Below are positions 40,950-54,711 of a DNA stretch of 64,000 nt, piece by piece. The number at the start of each line of letters is the position of its first letter. Positions within the stretch are counted from its first letter, which is position 1. The position numbers were made by a program, and so were the translations under genes. The notes under the pieces are model-generated. The model did no database searches and had not been told where the DNA came from. It saw nothing but the letters and a program-made list of their open reading frames with translations. The DNA is from Chrysomallon squamiferum (Eukaryota; Animalia; Mollusca): the NCBI GenBank assembly GCA_012295275.1, contig CM022678.1, forward strand, positions 12,648,001 through 12,712,000, read 5' to 3'.

Positions 40950-42600
40950 TGCATGTATATGTGTGTATAGGTGTTCTGTATACATGCTAAGTGTAGATAC
41001 AGGCATGGATGTTCATATGTACTGTGTCTATGTTTCTGTGTTGTTCAGATCACAGTGTCTCATAGAAAAGTACTAATGTCTACTATGTTTTCTGTTACCT
41101 ATTAAACATGTAGAGAAGAGAAAATTTTCACTTTTTAACTTACCGGATTCGCATATAATAGTGTTATCTCTTATAACAGTAGAACCAGAATGAAATATGT
41201 TACCTTCCACTGAAACAGAGTAATTACGTTTTTAATAACACAATTTCAATGCATAATTTCCAAATGTTTTATCTGCTAAATACTGAGAATTAGATATAAT
41301 TACTGGGTGTATAGCAGTGTTTGAAATACAAAAGAAAATTTATATGTAGATATATGACAGCATACAGTTTAACATATATACATGGTGTATCTGTCTGAAT
41401 ATATTTGCGTGTATGTCTGTAATAAATGTCTGCATGTATAGGCGTGTGTATGTATGTTTTCTGTGTATACGCTAAGTGTAGTTACAGGTATGTATGTTTA
41501 TATGTAATGTGTGTATGTATTTATGTGCAGGTTTCTATGTTGTTCAGGTCACAGTGTGAGACAGAAAAGTACTAATGACTACTATGTATTCTGTTATCTA
41601 TCAAAAATGTAGAGAACAGAAAACTTTCAGATGTAACTTACCGGATGCATAGGTATTTCCTAAATGAACAAAACCAGGATGAGATGTGTCTGATGACTGT
41701 TGTCCTGCAGTGAAAATGGTGCATACATTTTTGTAATTGACAACTTCAATGCATAATTTCTGAAAATGTTTTTACCTGCATATTTCTGAGAATTAGATAT
41801 AATTGTTGGATGTAGTAGCTTTGAAATACAAATAATAAAAAAGTGTTCATCTATATTTAGAGATATGACAACATACACTTTAACATACAACACTGTGTCT
41901 CTGAATATAGTTGTGTGTATCCGGGTAATGAATGTCTGCATGTTTGAAATGTGTGTGTATGTATGTGTTCTGTATATGTTCTAAATGTAAGTACAGGTAT
42001 GTATGTTTATATGTATTGTGTCTATGTATTTATGTACACGTTTCTATGTCGTTCACAATGACTGACAGAAAAGTACTGATGTCTACTATGTATTGAGTTA
42101 GAGAAGAGAAAACTGTCAGTTTTTAACTTACTGAGTATAGTGCAATCTGTTATTTCAGTAGAACCAGAATGATATATGTTACCTGCCATTAGTTCTGCAG
42201 CGAAACAGAGTAAATACATTTTTATAATTCACAATTTCAATGCATAATTTCTAAAAATGTTTTATACAAAATATTGAGAATCAAATATAATTATTGGATA
42301 TAGTAGCACTGTTTGAAATACAAAAATCAAAAAGAAAAAAAAGAAAAAAAAAGGAGTCTTTATCCATATGTAGAGATATGACAGCATACAGTTTAACAGA
42401 CATAACTGTGTCTTTGTCTGAATATATTTGTATGTGTCTGTATAATGAATGTCTGCATGTTTGAAACACACAAAAGATGCAGTAGCAGTGTTTGAAACAC
42501 ATAAAAAGTGTTTTTAATCTATTTGTAGAGATAGGATAGCATACAGTACAATACAATCTGCTGAATATATGCTTTAACAAAAGTGTTTAATATTTTTTGT
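40950..42600 (-). repeat. Tandem array of ~495-bp intron+micro-exon units (3 exons) in copy B
   Basis: Exon ends at 41144, 41642 and 42132 with homologous intron sequence. Exon lengths are 66, 63 and 63 nt. Confidence 0.85.
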
Positions 42601-43236
42601 TAACTATGCATAGTTGCTGTGACATATGACCTAATCGTTACAGTAAAAAATGGTGAACACAATAATTATAATAGTAATTGGTGGTGTAACTTTCTTGTTT
42701 TGTATTTTTGTCTGACAGACAGTACAAAAAACCCTTTAAATTATTAATTTATTATCAGTATAAATCAGACAAGTCTCAATTTACAAATGATAATAAAAAG
42801 TAAACAATAAACTGAAAAGCTACATTGTTACACATAAATAATAATTTTGTCCAATTAGAATTTCTTTTCAAAAAGTAAACACTATATTGATAAAGATGTA
42901 AGCAATTTTGTCATACTCTCTGAAGAAGAGACATTTCTGCTGTTAGAAGAAACTTCTGAACTTTCTATGTTATCTCGTTGAGCTGACCTGTAAAAATGTA
43001 ATCATTGTCACAAAGCCTTTATAGTATGTTTTCTGAACTTCACTATTAAATCATGTAAATATAATAATTATCAAAATAGTTTTACCAAGTTACATTCTTA
43101 ATTTTTTCAAGTGCACTAAATATATCAGAATAGTTACTGAGTTATATGCTTAGTCAACCCTAATGTCAAACTATATAAATAATGTAAATGCACATATCAT
43201 AAGATGACGTTTACTAAATTAAGTAAAACAAACAAT

Positions 43237-45152
43237 GGGTCATTCTGTGTCAAATCACCCCCCCACCAAAAACAAAATTTAAACCCGACCGTCTCAGATT
43301 TTTATAAAACTTGGTATACTTGTTGACTGGGATCCCACAGCACCAAATCTTTTTTGGCAAAAATGGGTGTGACCACTAACCTTAGAACCCTCATATCACA
43401 GGAACTACTGGGCCAATCTTCATAAAATTGGTATTGTTGAAAAGCCAATATGACAAGGATTCCAAATCTGCCATTTTTGTTCAGTTTGGAAACTATTGGA
43501 GTACACTGACCTTTTGACCTTTGCTATGACCTTGAAATTGACTGTGTGGATCACGTGACCTTGAGATGACCTTTATTGAAATTTAATCTCCCACATGTTA
43601 TAATATAAATGTTTCCTGGGTGTAATATTTTTTGTTTAGCCACAATATAGATTTAAAAAATGCACATACATGAAAATAACACCTTTTCAGCCATTAACAT
43701 CTGATTAACTAAAACCTGAATGATCAATTTTGGATGCTAGGAATCACCATCTTTCTTGATCATCGGGTAAGACATTGTAGGCCTACATGTATGCATAATG
43801 TTCACATAAAAAAGTTTCCAGGGTGTCATATTTTTTGAGTAGCCATAATAGAGATTTAAAAAATGCATACCTGCATGGATGATTGATACAATGCATTACA
43901 TTTTCTCTGAGACCAAAAACTCATCTTTGGAGTTAAAACCCACCTGACATGTCTGAAGGAATGCTGAAGGATATGAAAAGATGCCAAATGGCATGACATG
44001 TTCTACACAATCAGGCTCAAAGGGTTAACATGAAGTGATGCTTCGGGCAGGTCAGAAACTCCTTTAGATCCCCTGGTGCAATCTCCATTGAGCACATGGC
44101 AATTAGAAGTTTAAGACAAAGACGTTTCTTCATCTGCATTTCTTTGACAATCTGAAGCTTTTTAAGTTGGACACAATGTCAGATGTTGATAAGTAAGCAT
44201 TGTTTTCTTCATAAAACCTATTAAGTCATTTTATCATGTCATGTGGCCTTGCCATTGGTTTTGAACAAGGTTTCAGTCAACTACAGTACAACCCAGTCTG
44301 AAATCAGACGTCATCAAGTGATGTACTGCATAATGTATTTGTACACCCAGTCTTCAGCACAGAGTATGAACAAGGTCTACCTTCACCTTAATAACCTGTG
44401 ATTTATACTCGAGAAGATTGACATAAATGCCCAAGACTTGTGGGCCTTTAGCAATAACACATGTACTCTGCTGCCATTTTATGACCTGCCTGTCGAGTTT
44501 TGGCGAAACTCCTGTCAAACTCCATTCACTAGCACATTCCAGTAAATGAATGAAAGGACAGAAAAAAACTAGCATCAGCTACAGTAACATTAAAATGATA
44601 TCTTAATGTCTGAATCCTACCCAGAGCGTGTGCAAATCTTGACTTTGCCACACTTTACCACTGAAAGGACAATGAATGAATTTGAAACAATGAATTACCT
44701 TATGAAAAAAAGCTGTGTGGTGAAGAAATAGAAAGTGATTCAATCCCTCTGTGATAAGAAACAAGGGAAAGTTCTGTCAAATGAATTGAAGGAGGAAATA
44801 ATCCAATTTTATGAAAGTGATGAGAACAGTAGAATATGTCTGGGAATGAAGGATACAGTGAGCATTTGAAACAAAGATGGTGAAAACGTTAAGCATCAGA
44901 AACACCTAGTTCTCTCAAATTTATGTGAACCTTATGCATACATGTAGGCCTACAACGTCTTACTCGATGATCAAGAAAGATGGTGATTCATAGCATCCAG
45001 AATTGATCATTCAGGTTTTAGTTAATCAGATGTTAATGGCTGAAAAGGTGTTATTTTCATGTATGTTATTTTTATAAATCTATATTGTGGCTAAACAAAA
45101 AATATTACACCCAGGAAATTTTTTGGGTGGGTGTTTTGACATGGAATGACCC
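43237..45152. mobile_element. Rearranged Sola2 DNA transposon with 4-bp TSD CAAT
   Basis: TIRs GGGTCATTCTGTGTCAAA...TTTGACATGGAATGACCC, caat on both sides, and the empty site in the paralog at 61529-61532. Plus-strand LSNELKEEIIQFYESDENSRICLGMKDTVS...KHQKHLVLSNL (44773-44925) is a Sola2-like transposase motif. Confidence 0.8.
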
Positions 45153-45479
45153 CAATGTAAAAATGGTTTAAATAACTTATATTTACATATTTTTCAGTAC
45201 TAATAGTAATACTAAATTAAGTTAAATAAACAATGAAAATGAACAGATAATATCAGAATTGTTTCACTAAAACATATTCTTAGTTTTCACAATATTAGGA
45301 CTAAACTGTAATATAAGCAATGGAAATATATAGATAAAATCAGAATAATTTTAGTAAGTTATAATTCTCAGTTTTCTCAATATCAGTACTAAATTAAGTT
45401 ATACAAAAACTTGAAAACTTACCAATGTGCAGCCATGATTTTTCCAAACTGCAGGATGTTCTTGCATCAAATATGTATA

Positions 45480-45990
45480 TTTAACTCCACTGTATTGTAC
45501 AGTTCAGTGATTCCCAGTAAATATAACATGAAGGAGAACGTCAGATTCACAAAGACGGCAATAAAAGGAATGCATACAAATGTGATGCGAGCTTCACTAC
45601 ACTCACTGTCATTAGTAATCTGATCAACTAGCAGTCCACCTGTAAAACAAGGCTTTAACAGTTCTGCCTTGACCAGTCATCAGTCCAGATTTGAAAAAGC
45701 TGGAGCACATTTTGGTTACCACTGTGTTGTTGTATACAGTCAGCACAGCCAGCTGCATACATTTTGCATGAACTGGAATCAGCTTAGCTGTGAGAGTGTC
45801 ATTAGGTGTCGCTTTGATAAATCCAACATTTGACTGGAGAGATAAACTGGATGCTGGAGGCAACTGAATCCTTTAACTACAGATGTAGTCTAGAGACTCA
45901 AAGTAACATTTTCTCTCTGAAACAGATTTCTTAAACTGTTTTATAAACTACAGCTCCACATTTTAGAATGATGTTTTTACTGTTAGATGG
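45480..45990 (+). mobile_element. Tc1 remnant, paralog of 8470-8900
   Basis: LTVLP*PVISPDLKKLEHI at ~45655-45712 and DAGGN* near 45850. Shares flanks with copy A. Confidence 0.6.
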
Positions 45991-46675
45991 GACTGATGTG
46001 ACAATACTTTGATAAAAATAGTTTGACACTTAATACAACTTTTACATTTCGTTGTTGCTTGTGGTTGTTTCACAACTCAGTTTACTGTAATGTCTTTGTA
46101 ACACTTCTTTTATTAATCACTCAGCATTTTTCCAGCCAAATATTACAATGAATTTAAAGCAGGTGTCACATTTTTTTTGTTCAGTGTAAACTCCCAGAGA
46201 ATTTAACAGTGAGTTCTTCTGCAGACCACACTTTCAACTCTAACTGCTCATATGTAACTTGTATTCAGTTACTTAGTTAATATGACATATGAAACTGGTA
46301 TACCTTTCATTTCAATAATTATAAAAAAAAACTTCAGATCAGGGTGATGCTATCACATGTTGTACAAGATCATTTTTTTCTTCACTCTGTCTGCTTGTAT
46401 AAACACACTGTACTGTACAAATTTGTAGCTTTCAGCCTTCAGTAATCTGCAACAGTCTCCATTCCAAATTGTCATGGCTTTATGATTTCATGTTAATGTA
46501 CAGACATAGTCCCTCTCTTCTGTGGTTGGCAGCTGTGATCTTGGAAAAAAATACGAAAGAAAGAAAAAAGAAGGAATAATACAATATAACTGTTCAACAA
46601 GTTTAGTGGATTGGACTTTAAGTTAAGTTAACACTGGGTTAACAACGCCTGATATCCGAATAATTTTTATTTTGT

Positions 46676-46720
<45 letters not shown>

Positions 46721-48291
46721 TTTGTTTAAGAGGTTCAAAAGTTGTTTCATATATTTTTCCATAATTATTCTGCAGTAATTACAATAATTTATGATCATCA
46801 TTAGTGCTTAAGTTGTTTTATTCAGTGAAAAATAAATTATTGTAAAGAATCAAAGTAATTTTAATGTTTTTCCGGATTTAAAAAAATATACAGAAGAAAG
46901 TAAATTACAAATTTCTTTTTGTTTTTGTATTTTATATTCTGATGCTACACTTAGAAAGATTCTGCCATTTTAAATCACGTGGTTCCGTTCAATCACCGGA
47001 AATCGTGATTAACAAGTGGAAACTTGTCTATTTTAAAAGATAGCACCTGCGACATAAAGTTTTAATAATAAACATTTCATTCTCAAACATTTGCAAAATA
47101 GTATTTATCTTTTAATTTAATTTATTTTAGGGATGTTGTTTAATAAAAAAAGAAAATTTTTGTTTCCTGATGTTGAGAAATTTAACACATAGCTATTGTG
47201 AATTTTACATGAGCTTGAATGTCAAAATTAATTTTAATGAGAAAAAAACCCCATATTAAAATTTCAAATTCAGAAAAAAAAGGGAAACAAATTATATCGT
47301 CAACAGTTTTTATTTATTTACTCATACATTATTACTATTATTATTTTATTATTATCGGTATTATTATTATTATTATTATTATTTAGTAAGAAATATTCTT
47401 AACCATTTTACATTACATTTCAATTTTAGATCATAATTATACGAAGTCAGTTCACATGAAATTGATCTTTGTTATTTTAGTTGTCTATTGAAAATATTTT
47501 TAATCGACGTCTACACTTTTTCAAACTCCTTGAATAGACTTATTTACAGTCGTCTGTTAATTCTCGACATGTTACATAAAGACAATGTTGTTAATTCTCA
47601 CTGTTAATACCATCAGTGAATCAGTTTTCCGTTTAGTTTGGTCTCGTCTCATACGTAATTTTTTAATTAACGGAAAGTCTGCTCACAGACTTTTCTTAAT
47701 TTAACGGAAAATCGTCAAAGTTTGAGAACGGAGCGCGGTCAAAGTCTGGCGAGAAAGAGTTCTTTCATTATTCGCTCGCTCGTCAATCAACGGTAAATAA
47801 TCTGAGATCTGTGAACCTTTACTTTAAAAATATATTGACAGCATAAAATAATTCCTCAACTCTGACTTCACATAAACCAACTTGGAATTTCTTTCACATT
47901 TTTATTCTTTGAGTTTCAAATAGCATCTACGGGGTGTGCAAGCCCTGGCCCAGTATCTCCGTGATTTGAATCATTTCCATTTCTTTTTTTTTGTTTTTGT
48001 TCATTTGTTTCTGTTTATCCATCCATCTATCTATCTATCTATCCATGTATGTATATATTTATTCTTCAGTTAAATTATGTGCCAGTTTCAGATAAAATAT
48101 TTGATAGGTATATAATTTTAACAGTGAATAAAACAATACATTAACTTTTTGGTTCACTTTAAAGTGAACCTGTGTCAAGAAGAACATACATTGTCTAGTC
48201 AGATTATGTATACATACAAGCTATTATTTCTTTGCAACCTGTCATTACACATAACAAGGTTTGACAATAACACTGTTATGAAACATAACAG

Positions 48292-48363
48292 CTGGAGTCG
48301 TGACGTCATCACATAATGGGACAGATGGCTCCTTTTTGCTACTTGCTGGACTCATCCCAGGAG
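48292..48363 (+). pseudogene. 72-nt phase 1-1 exon fragment, FN3-like (GVVTSSHNGTDGSFLLLAGLIPG), antisense within intron 1 of copy B
   Basis: cag acceptor, G|GTAG donor and LxGLxPG motif. The paralog at 63309-63380 reads LTGLTPG. Confidence 0.4.
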
Positions 48364-48723
48364 GTAGAACATTTGATTTGTGTAATATCGCTTCGTTGAA
48401 TCATAAATATTCCGGGAAATAAAATGTCTAAGTTATTTACATTTCTGAATTGTAATATTTTATATTTGCGACTTTCTTCAAAATGACTATTGAAACAGAA
48501 AATAAAATTTAATGTAGTTATTTATTTTTTTATTTTTATAGAATTTTATTACACTGGAAATCAAATATCCATTTATACACATTAATTTTTTTGTCAGTAT
48601 CTTTATTCTTATTAAAAACAACTCTGCCATAATAATAATATTAATAATAAATAAATAAATAAATACAAATCTGCTACCATAAACTGTCTGCCAAAACCAG
48701 TTTATTTATTTATTTATTTATTA

Positions 48724-48761
<38 letters not shown>

Positions 48762-49541
48762 TGATGAAAATATACCGTCCAAACAAATTAGTGTAAAAAT
48801 CAAACTCACACTGACTAAATTGCTCTTTGGGGGAATTATGCTTGATCGGGTACTTTTTGTGGAACGAAAGAAAATGTTCAGTTCAAAAACATGTCTTTTA
48901 AAATTTGGAATCAAAGTTTTCTTCGATTTATGAAAGCAAAATATTTTGAAGTGAAGTCTACGAAACTATGTCTATTTCTGATAGGTACAGAGAAATGTCA
49001 CATGAAAGTAGATACATTTTTTTATTTTAAAAATCACACATTTTAATCCGGAAAAAACAAAAAAATGTGGAATTGGAAAGGAAATGTTACTCTTTATTGT
49101 GTTGTATATGGCACGCTTCTTTGAACAAAAGTGTATCTGTGTCGAGCCGGGAAAAAAGCAGTTTTCAACTGATTCAGGCTTAACAATGTGTGTATGAGTA
49201 TTACAAAATTCAGTTATTCTAATAATAATGATAATAATAACAATAATAATAATAAGAAGAAGAAGAAGAAGAAGAAGAAGAATGTTTTACAAAAAATGGA
49301 GAAAATATACCTTTAATATTATTATTATTGTTATTGTTATTATTATTATTATTATAATTATTATTATTATTATTTTTATTCACTTCTTCAGAACGTTTTT
49401 CTGTACGATATCATTTTAAAAGTATCTAAATATGACATGATATGCATACATAATTATAATAAACTTTAATTATTTCTATGATAATAACATTTCCACTTCA
49501 AAAACTCCATTGAATCGTTTATTTATTTCAAAAGCTAGCTA

Positions 49542-49593
<52 letters not shown>

Positions 49594-49985
49594 TTTTGTT
49601 GAGACAAAGTAAAATTTCTACTTTTTATTATTCAATGAGAAAGATACAGTAAAAAAGGTAATAAAATAAATAAATCATTAGTTTATGAGTTTATTTATAA
49701 TGCAATTTCATTAGCTCATAATTGTTGTTGTGAATATTATTTTTAAATTAAAAAGCAGACATCAGAGTCCGGATTCACCGTAAAAAAGATCCGAAAAACC
49801 CTACAAAAAACCAGCAAAAATTAAAAAAAAAAAAAAAAAAAAGTAGAAAAAATCATTATAAATAAATCAATAAATCAAAAAATAACAAAATCCAAAAACA
49901 TCAAATCAAATCAAATAATTAATTTTATAATGAGAAATAAATAAACAATCAACAGTCATTAGTATGTAGTAAAAGGTTTGCCTAC

Positions 49986-50100
49986 CTGTGGTAACAAATC
50001 GAAGTAAAACTCGAATCTTGTCAGCTAACTAACTGTAACAAATTCCACGCCGTCTGCTCGCTCTGTGAGAAGTCAGGGCAGACATTGTTTATTTAGTTAA
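49986..50100 (-). promoter_or_regulatory. Putative first exon and promoter of copy B
   Basis: CAG|GTAGG donor at 49985. Motifs are shared with 12006-12120. Confidence 0.45.
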
Positions 50101-50928
50101 TTTTGTTTCTCACTCACTCTGCGTTTCATCTTGATTCAACCCTCTTGAAAACGTTTCTGGAAAAATACATTAACTCACAATTTTATTCTATAACATTTCT
50201 TCCAACTCTACCTTTCACATTTCATTATTTATTTATTTAACTTTATATTCATTAATTCATTTATTTTGTTTTATTTTATTTATTTATTATTATTATTATT
50301 ATTTTTTGTATCTTTTATTTGTATTTATATTTGTATTTTTTATTTATTTCATTACATCGTATTTGACGCCTGTAATAATTTTCTACATAAATATGACCGT
50401 AATTAGAATCTTACTGAAAAAAGGCAAAAGTACTTAATAGCCACCGTGTTGATAGCTTTCAAACTGTAACCGTAGACATAAACGAATTCATTCTGTGGAT
50501 ATTGTTTCTTTCGGAATAGAGATATGTATTTTATATTTTATTAAAAAAAAAATCAATTTCGGTATAAGGCATTTGCCTCATTTGCTTCAATGTAGTTACG
50601 GCATGATAAATGACGAATAAAAATCTTGTGATTAACATGCAATCTAACATATTAGTGACCGATAAGTTTAAGTTGTTTCTATTTCTTTCCTTTCTTCTTG
50701 ATTCATTTCGCAGCTAACATTAAAATTAATAACTGCCATATTGAAAAAGACACTGGACGCTTGAAAAAAAAATCTTAAGTCTCGTATTGAAAGCTTTCAT
50801 AATAACAGTAGTTTCTTTTCATTTCCATCTTTCTTCTCCTTTCATCAAATAAACATTATCTATGAATAACTATAATTCACGTCAGTATAATAATCATCAT
50901 CATCATCATTTAAATTATTATGATTATG

Positions 50929-50964
<36 letters not shown>

Positions 50965-51079
50965 GTTATTATTATTATATTAAAATTAAAAAAATAAAAT
51001 CAGTGAACTGATATAAAAAAAAATTAAATGAAAAATTCATAAAATTCATAAAAAAACAATCTCTAAAACTAGTTCTAGC

Positions 51080-51390
51080 TACATGCAGAGATATAACAGT
51101 ATTAATACAATCTGTCGTAACAGTTTTTCTGAATATGACAATAAAATGACATGTTTTAACGAATGTTTTAATATTAAGAAATTATGCAATCAAATAGTAA
51201 CTAGTGTTTATTACCAAACAAAAACAAGATCAAAATGTTTGAGTTGTTAATTTATTAGGAACACAACACAAAAAAACTCTCACATTTCAACACTAAAAAA
51301 AAAAAAAAAAAAAAAAAAAGAAGAGAAAAGTAAACAAGAATTGAAATACTTCATTATTAAAGATGTAAATAATTTTGTCATACAGTCAAA
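51080..51390. repeat. Fragment of a fourth paralog (intron sequence of the STAND genes)
   Basis: cagtattaatacaatctgt and agtaactagtgt match 3772-4040. agatgtaa.taattttgtcatac matches 42894-42916. Confidence 0.55.
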
Positions 51391-53232
51391 TAATAACAAG
51401 TGTGCATTTTCAAACAAAAACCAGAAATGGATTTGAAAAGTGACACTTTATTGTTTCATATTCCTAATGAATTAGCCATTCAATTATTTTCGTCTGCTTT
51501 TTCTGTCACTGACCATACAACTCTTCTGTTGTGTCAACAGAATAATACAAAATTTACATTCTGATTTACCTTGCTTCTTAAATTAATGTTGTTAAGAAAT
51601 ACGTTTTCTTCTCCTATTATAATAAATTATTATAAAAAATTGCTTTCCTTTACCCAGAATACTAGTTTTAAAAAAAAGAGAAGAATTGACTTCCAGGAAA
51701 AGAACAAAATACTTACTAATATTAAAAATACAATCCATTATAATTGCCACTTTTCTAAATACCAAAACTTATTAACGGAATTAAAAGTAATGCTAAAATA
51801 GAATTTAATTTATTTATTATCAATGTACATAGATGTGGTTAGTCTACAAAGTAAAATTATATGAATCAAAAGTAATACAATAAAATCATGACTTGTACTA
51901 AAATAGACCAGCATCGCTAACTAATATATTTAATACTAGATTTGTTTCAGTCACGTGATAGTTTTATATGCACACAAGGTACTGAGATAGCATGTCTACC
52001 TCTGTCCTGACTGAAAACATTAGCTGATTGCACAAGTTTGACAATCAAAAGTGGATGTATAACCCTTTTATATCTGAACCAGGTGAAAACTAAAATTCTT
52101 CATAAAATATCGAGTCAGTATCTGCTGTCATTTAAAGACAAATTTAGGATTAACGACAGAAATAGAGAAGAATTCACATTTATAAATAATTTACTGATTT
52201 ACTCATCGATACATTACCCTCAGAATATTTACTTACTTATAATTCAGTTTATCCCAGCTTTAGATTTTTGCTGTTGTTTGTTAACCAGCTGTCCATATCT
52301 GATCATTATAACTCTTCAGTCCTGCCAATAAATTAACAGAAAACATAGATGTTTTCAAATTATTAATGTTGTGAAAATATAATGAACTAGAGAGTGACAA
52401 AAACTAAATAAGCATACAGAAACACAATACACTTCTGTATAGTGTTTTAGTACAGAGTCATCCAGTTTATGTACATATGTACATGTATGTGAGATTACAA
52501 TTTGACTAAGGCTTAGAAATGTAACTTTCAGGTGTGTGGAACTACAATTATTATTGTTATTGCTGTTGTTATTATTAATTTCATTTGGTTAAGAAACATT
52601 CAAACAAACATGTTTATATCTCAATATACCTTTTATTGCTCTTAAGACTATTGACTTATCAATCTTGGCTCCATATTAAGGTTTGTAGGTAATAACTTGT
52701 TTTATCACCCAACCCATTATAACAACAACATTAGCTGAACACCAGTGTCAACATTATAAGGAGCACTGACAGTACATAGTGGCACTATTCTTAGGCACTA
52801 AGAAATTTAGCTCTTCACTATGGATGTGTGTTTACTTTGAAAAATTATTTATTTGCATGCATAGTGTTCACAGTTATTTATTGAAAGTTTGATTGCTGGT
52901 TTAGGTCTTAAAAGACAATTTTCAAAATAGTTTTCATTTAAAAAATAATAAATTGTAGTTATTTAAAACATAAATTGCTTTGATTTATAGCGACAACAAA
53001 ATATTTATGATTGCACTAATATTGGTCACTGTCTTAACATGTCAGCTTTATTCTGGCCAGCTAGAATATCAAATGCCTCGATGCAGTTCAGCATTCTTAA
53101 CTTCGAAGGATAAATCAGATATCTAAAGTTATTTCCCCCGTATATTTGTATGTATGTGTATCTATGTTTGTGTGTGTGTGTGTAAATTTGTATGAAGTTG
53201 TCACTATAATCTCATGAATATATATAATTTTG

Positions 53233-53305
53233 TTACACCAGTCGTTTCAGTCGTACCACGACAGTGAAGTAGTCATATATATTTCGACTGAAATGACTGG
53301 TGTAA
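53233..53305. mobile_element. 73-bp hairpin mini-MITE
   Basis: 21-bp inverted repeat TTACACCAGTCGTTTCAGTCG / CGACTGAAATGACTGGTGTAA with 1 mismatch. Confidence 0.6.
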
Positions 53306-53371
53306 TACTTGTCAGGTTTGGGCGATTGAGTTTCATTAGCGGAATTTGACGGGGTTTGTGAGGTCGTCATT

Positions 53372-53518
53372 GGACTTTGTCCTCCTGCGCCAGAGCGTTC
53401 TCGAATACTTTCTATGTGCAGAGTCTATTCAGACGCACATATGTCAGAAAATATTCAAATCCTAAAATACATTCATACATACATACATACATATATACAT
53501 CACAGAATCAAGCATAGG

Positions 53519-53559
<41 letters not shown>

Positions 53560-54228
53560 TACATATCTATTTACTAACGTTAGTGTGATGTCAAAGATAA
53601 TTTGGACTTTGTTACAGATATGCTATTTACACACATAAATATTAAAATAATACATCAAATTTACAGAACTAAATTACATACGAGCAAACTATTTTTAATA
53701 ATAATCATAAATACGTGTGCATAGGTTTACTCGATATTATTCCAGATCATGTTTGTTTCTGAAAGAAACAATGTGTTTGTTTATTCATAGTTATAGGGAA
53801 AACGAGATGTATTTATTCGTTTGTCTTTGTATGTGTGTGTGCTACATATTCCAGCATAATGAATACATTCCAGAGTATCTGTGTACTTTTGTATGAGGGT
53901 GCAGCTGTACATAAAATTATATCTTTTTTGTGACATTAAAACTGTGTGTTAATACATATCGTTACATTATTATTATTAGAAGTAGTAGTAGTAGTAGTAG
54001 TAGACTAGTAGTAGCAGTATTCCTACATAATAACGAAAAACAATATTGTTTATTTTTACAGTATATATGAGTGTGTGTGTCTGTGTGTGTGTGTGTGTGT
54101 GTGTACGGGGGTATTTATGTGTATGTATGTAGTTTAGGATTTTGAATATTCTTTGTCTTATGTACTTCTGTTAGACTCTACTCATAGACAATATTCGGGA
54201 AAGGACTGGCGCAGGAGGACAAAGTTCA
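53372..54228. repeat. Diverged ~110-bp inverted repeats enclosing ~630 bp (fold-back/MITE-like)
   Basis: actttgtcctcctgcgccag...aatattcaaatcctaaa at 53374-53468 versus tttaggattttgaatatt...ctggcgcaggaggacaaagt at 54133-54226. Confidence 0.65.
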
Positions 54229-54253
54229 GTCGCTGAGACATACACACACCCAC

Positions 54254-54259
<6 letters not shown>

Positions 54260-54350
<91 letters not shown>
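54260..54350. repeat. (CT)n microsatellite
   Basis: Direct inspection. Confidence 0.95.
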
Positions 54351-54352
<2 letters not shown>

Positions 54353-54711
54353 CATTTGCTCTAAAATTCTTTACTAAATTAAAATTATGTAAACTCTTGC
54401 ATGTCGCATACAATAAGATCACACACATACACACACTCACGCACACTCATACACACACGCATACATATACACACATCAGAAGAAATCCTGACTGACGCTT
54501 ATAGCCTGTTTGTCATATCCCAGTCAGTGTGATGAAGATATTTGTTTAGAATTTGCGATTCAGTTTAGACTTTAGTTGTTTTATGTTCAACCAGTTTTCA
54601 TTATTGACCACACATTTCGAATTTTTTTTTGCTTTTCCTACAGAGAGAATTTCAGTTAATAAAGAGCAATTTTGGCACAAACAGATAGTGTACACATTTT
54701 GACCAGAAATT

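Larger units (their letters stand above)
38495..45436 (-). pseudogene. Copy B: nSTAND3-ankyrin pseudogene; exons 45423-45436 (ATG), 42917-42987, 42132-42194, 41642-41704, 41144-41209, 38495-40948
   Basis: ORF 40149-41006 aligns to copy A only from DFVLSRKQQIPKVW..RCIITLR, so Walker A/B are deleted. It continues through LGFPQVC and YTFIHQSVFDSL (post-NTPase helical/WH motifs) and ~6 ankyrin repeats (GADPNLTDNDNNSVLHLAAQKG). Disablements at ~40160, ~39945, 39171/~39140 and ~38730. Confidence 0.85.
34725..48690. repeat. Segmental duplication: copy B region, paralogous in blocks to 57350-63690 (copy C)
   Basis: Colinear blocks: 34725-36760 ~ 57350-58530; 41270-42600 ~ 58750-60950; 42700-45660 (minus Sola2) ~ 61030-62200; 47555-48690 ~ 62425-63690. 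Confidence 0.9.

Noticed and set aside
52237-52797. Exon-like minus-strand segments with faint DED-like pattern (NVDTGVQLMLLL*WVG)
   Set aside because: Multiple stops and similarity too weak to support a call.
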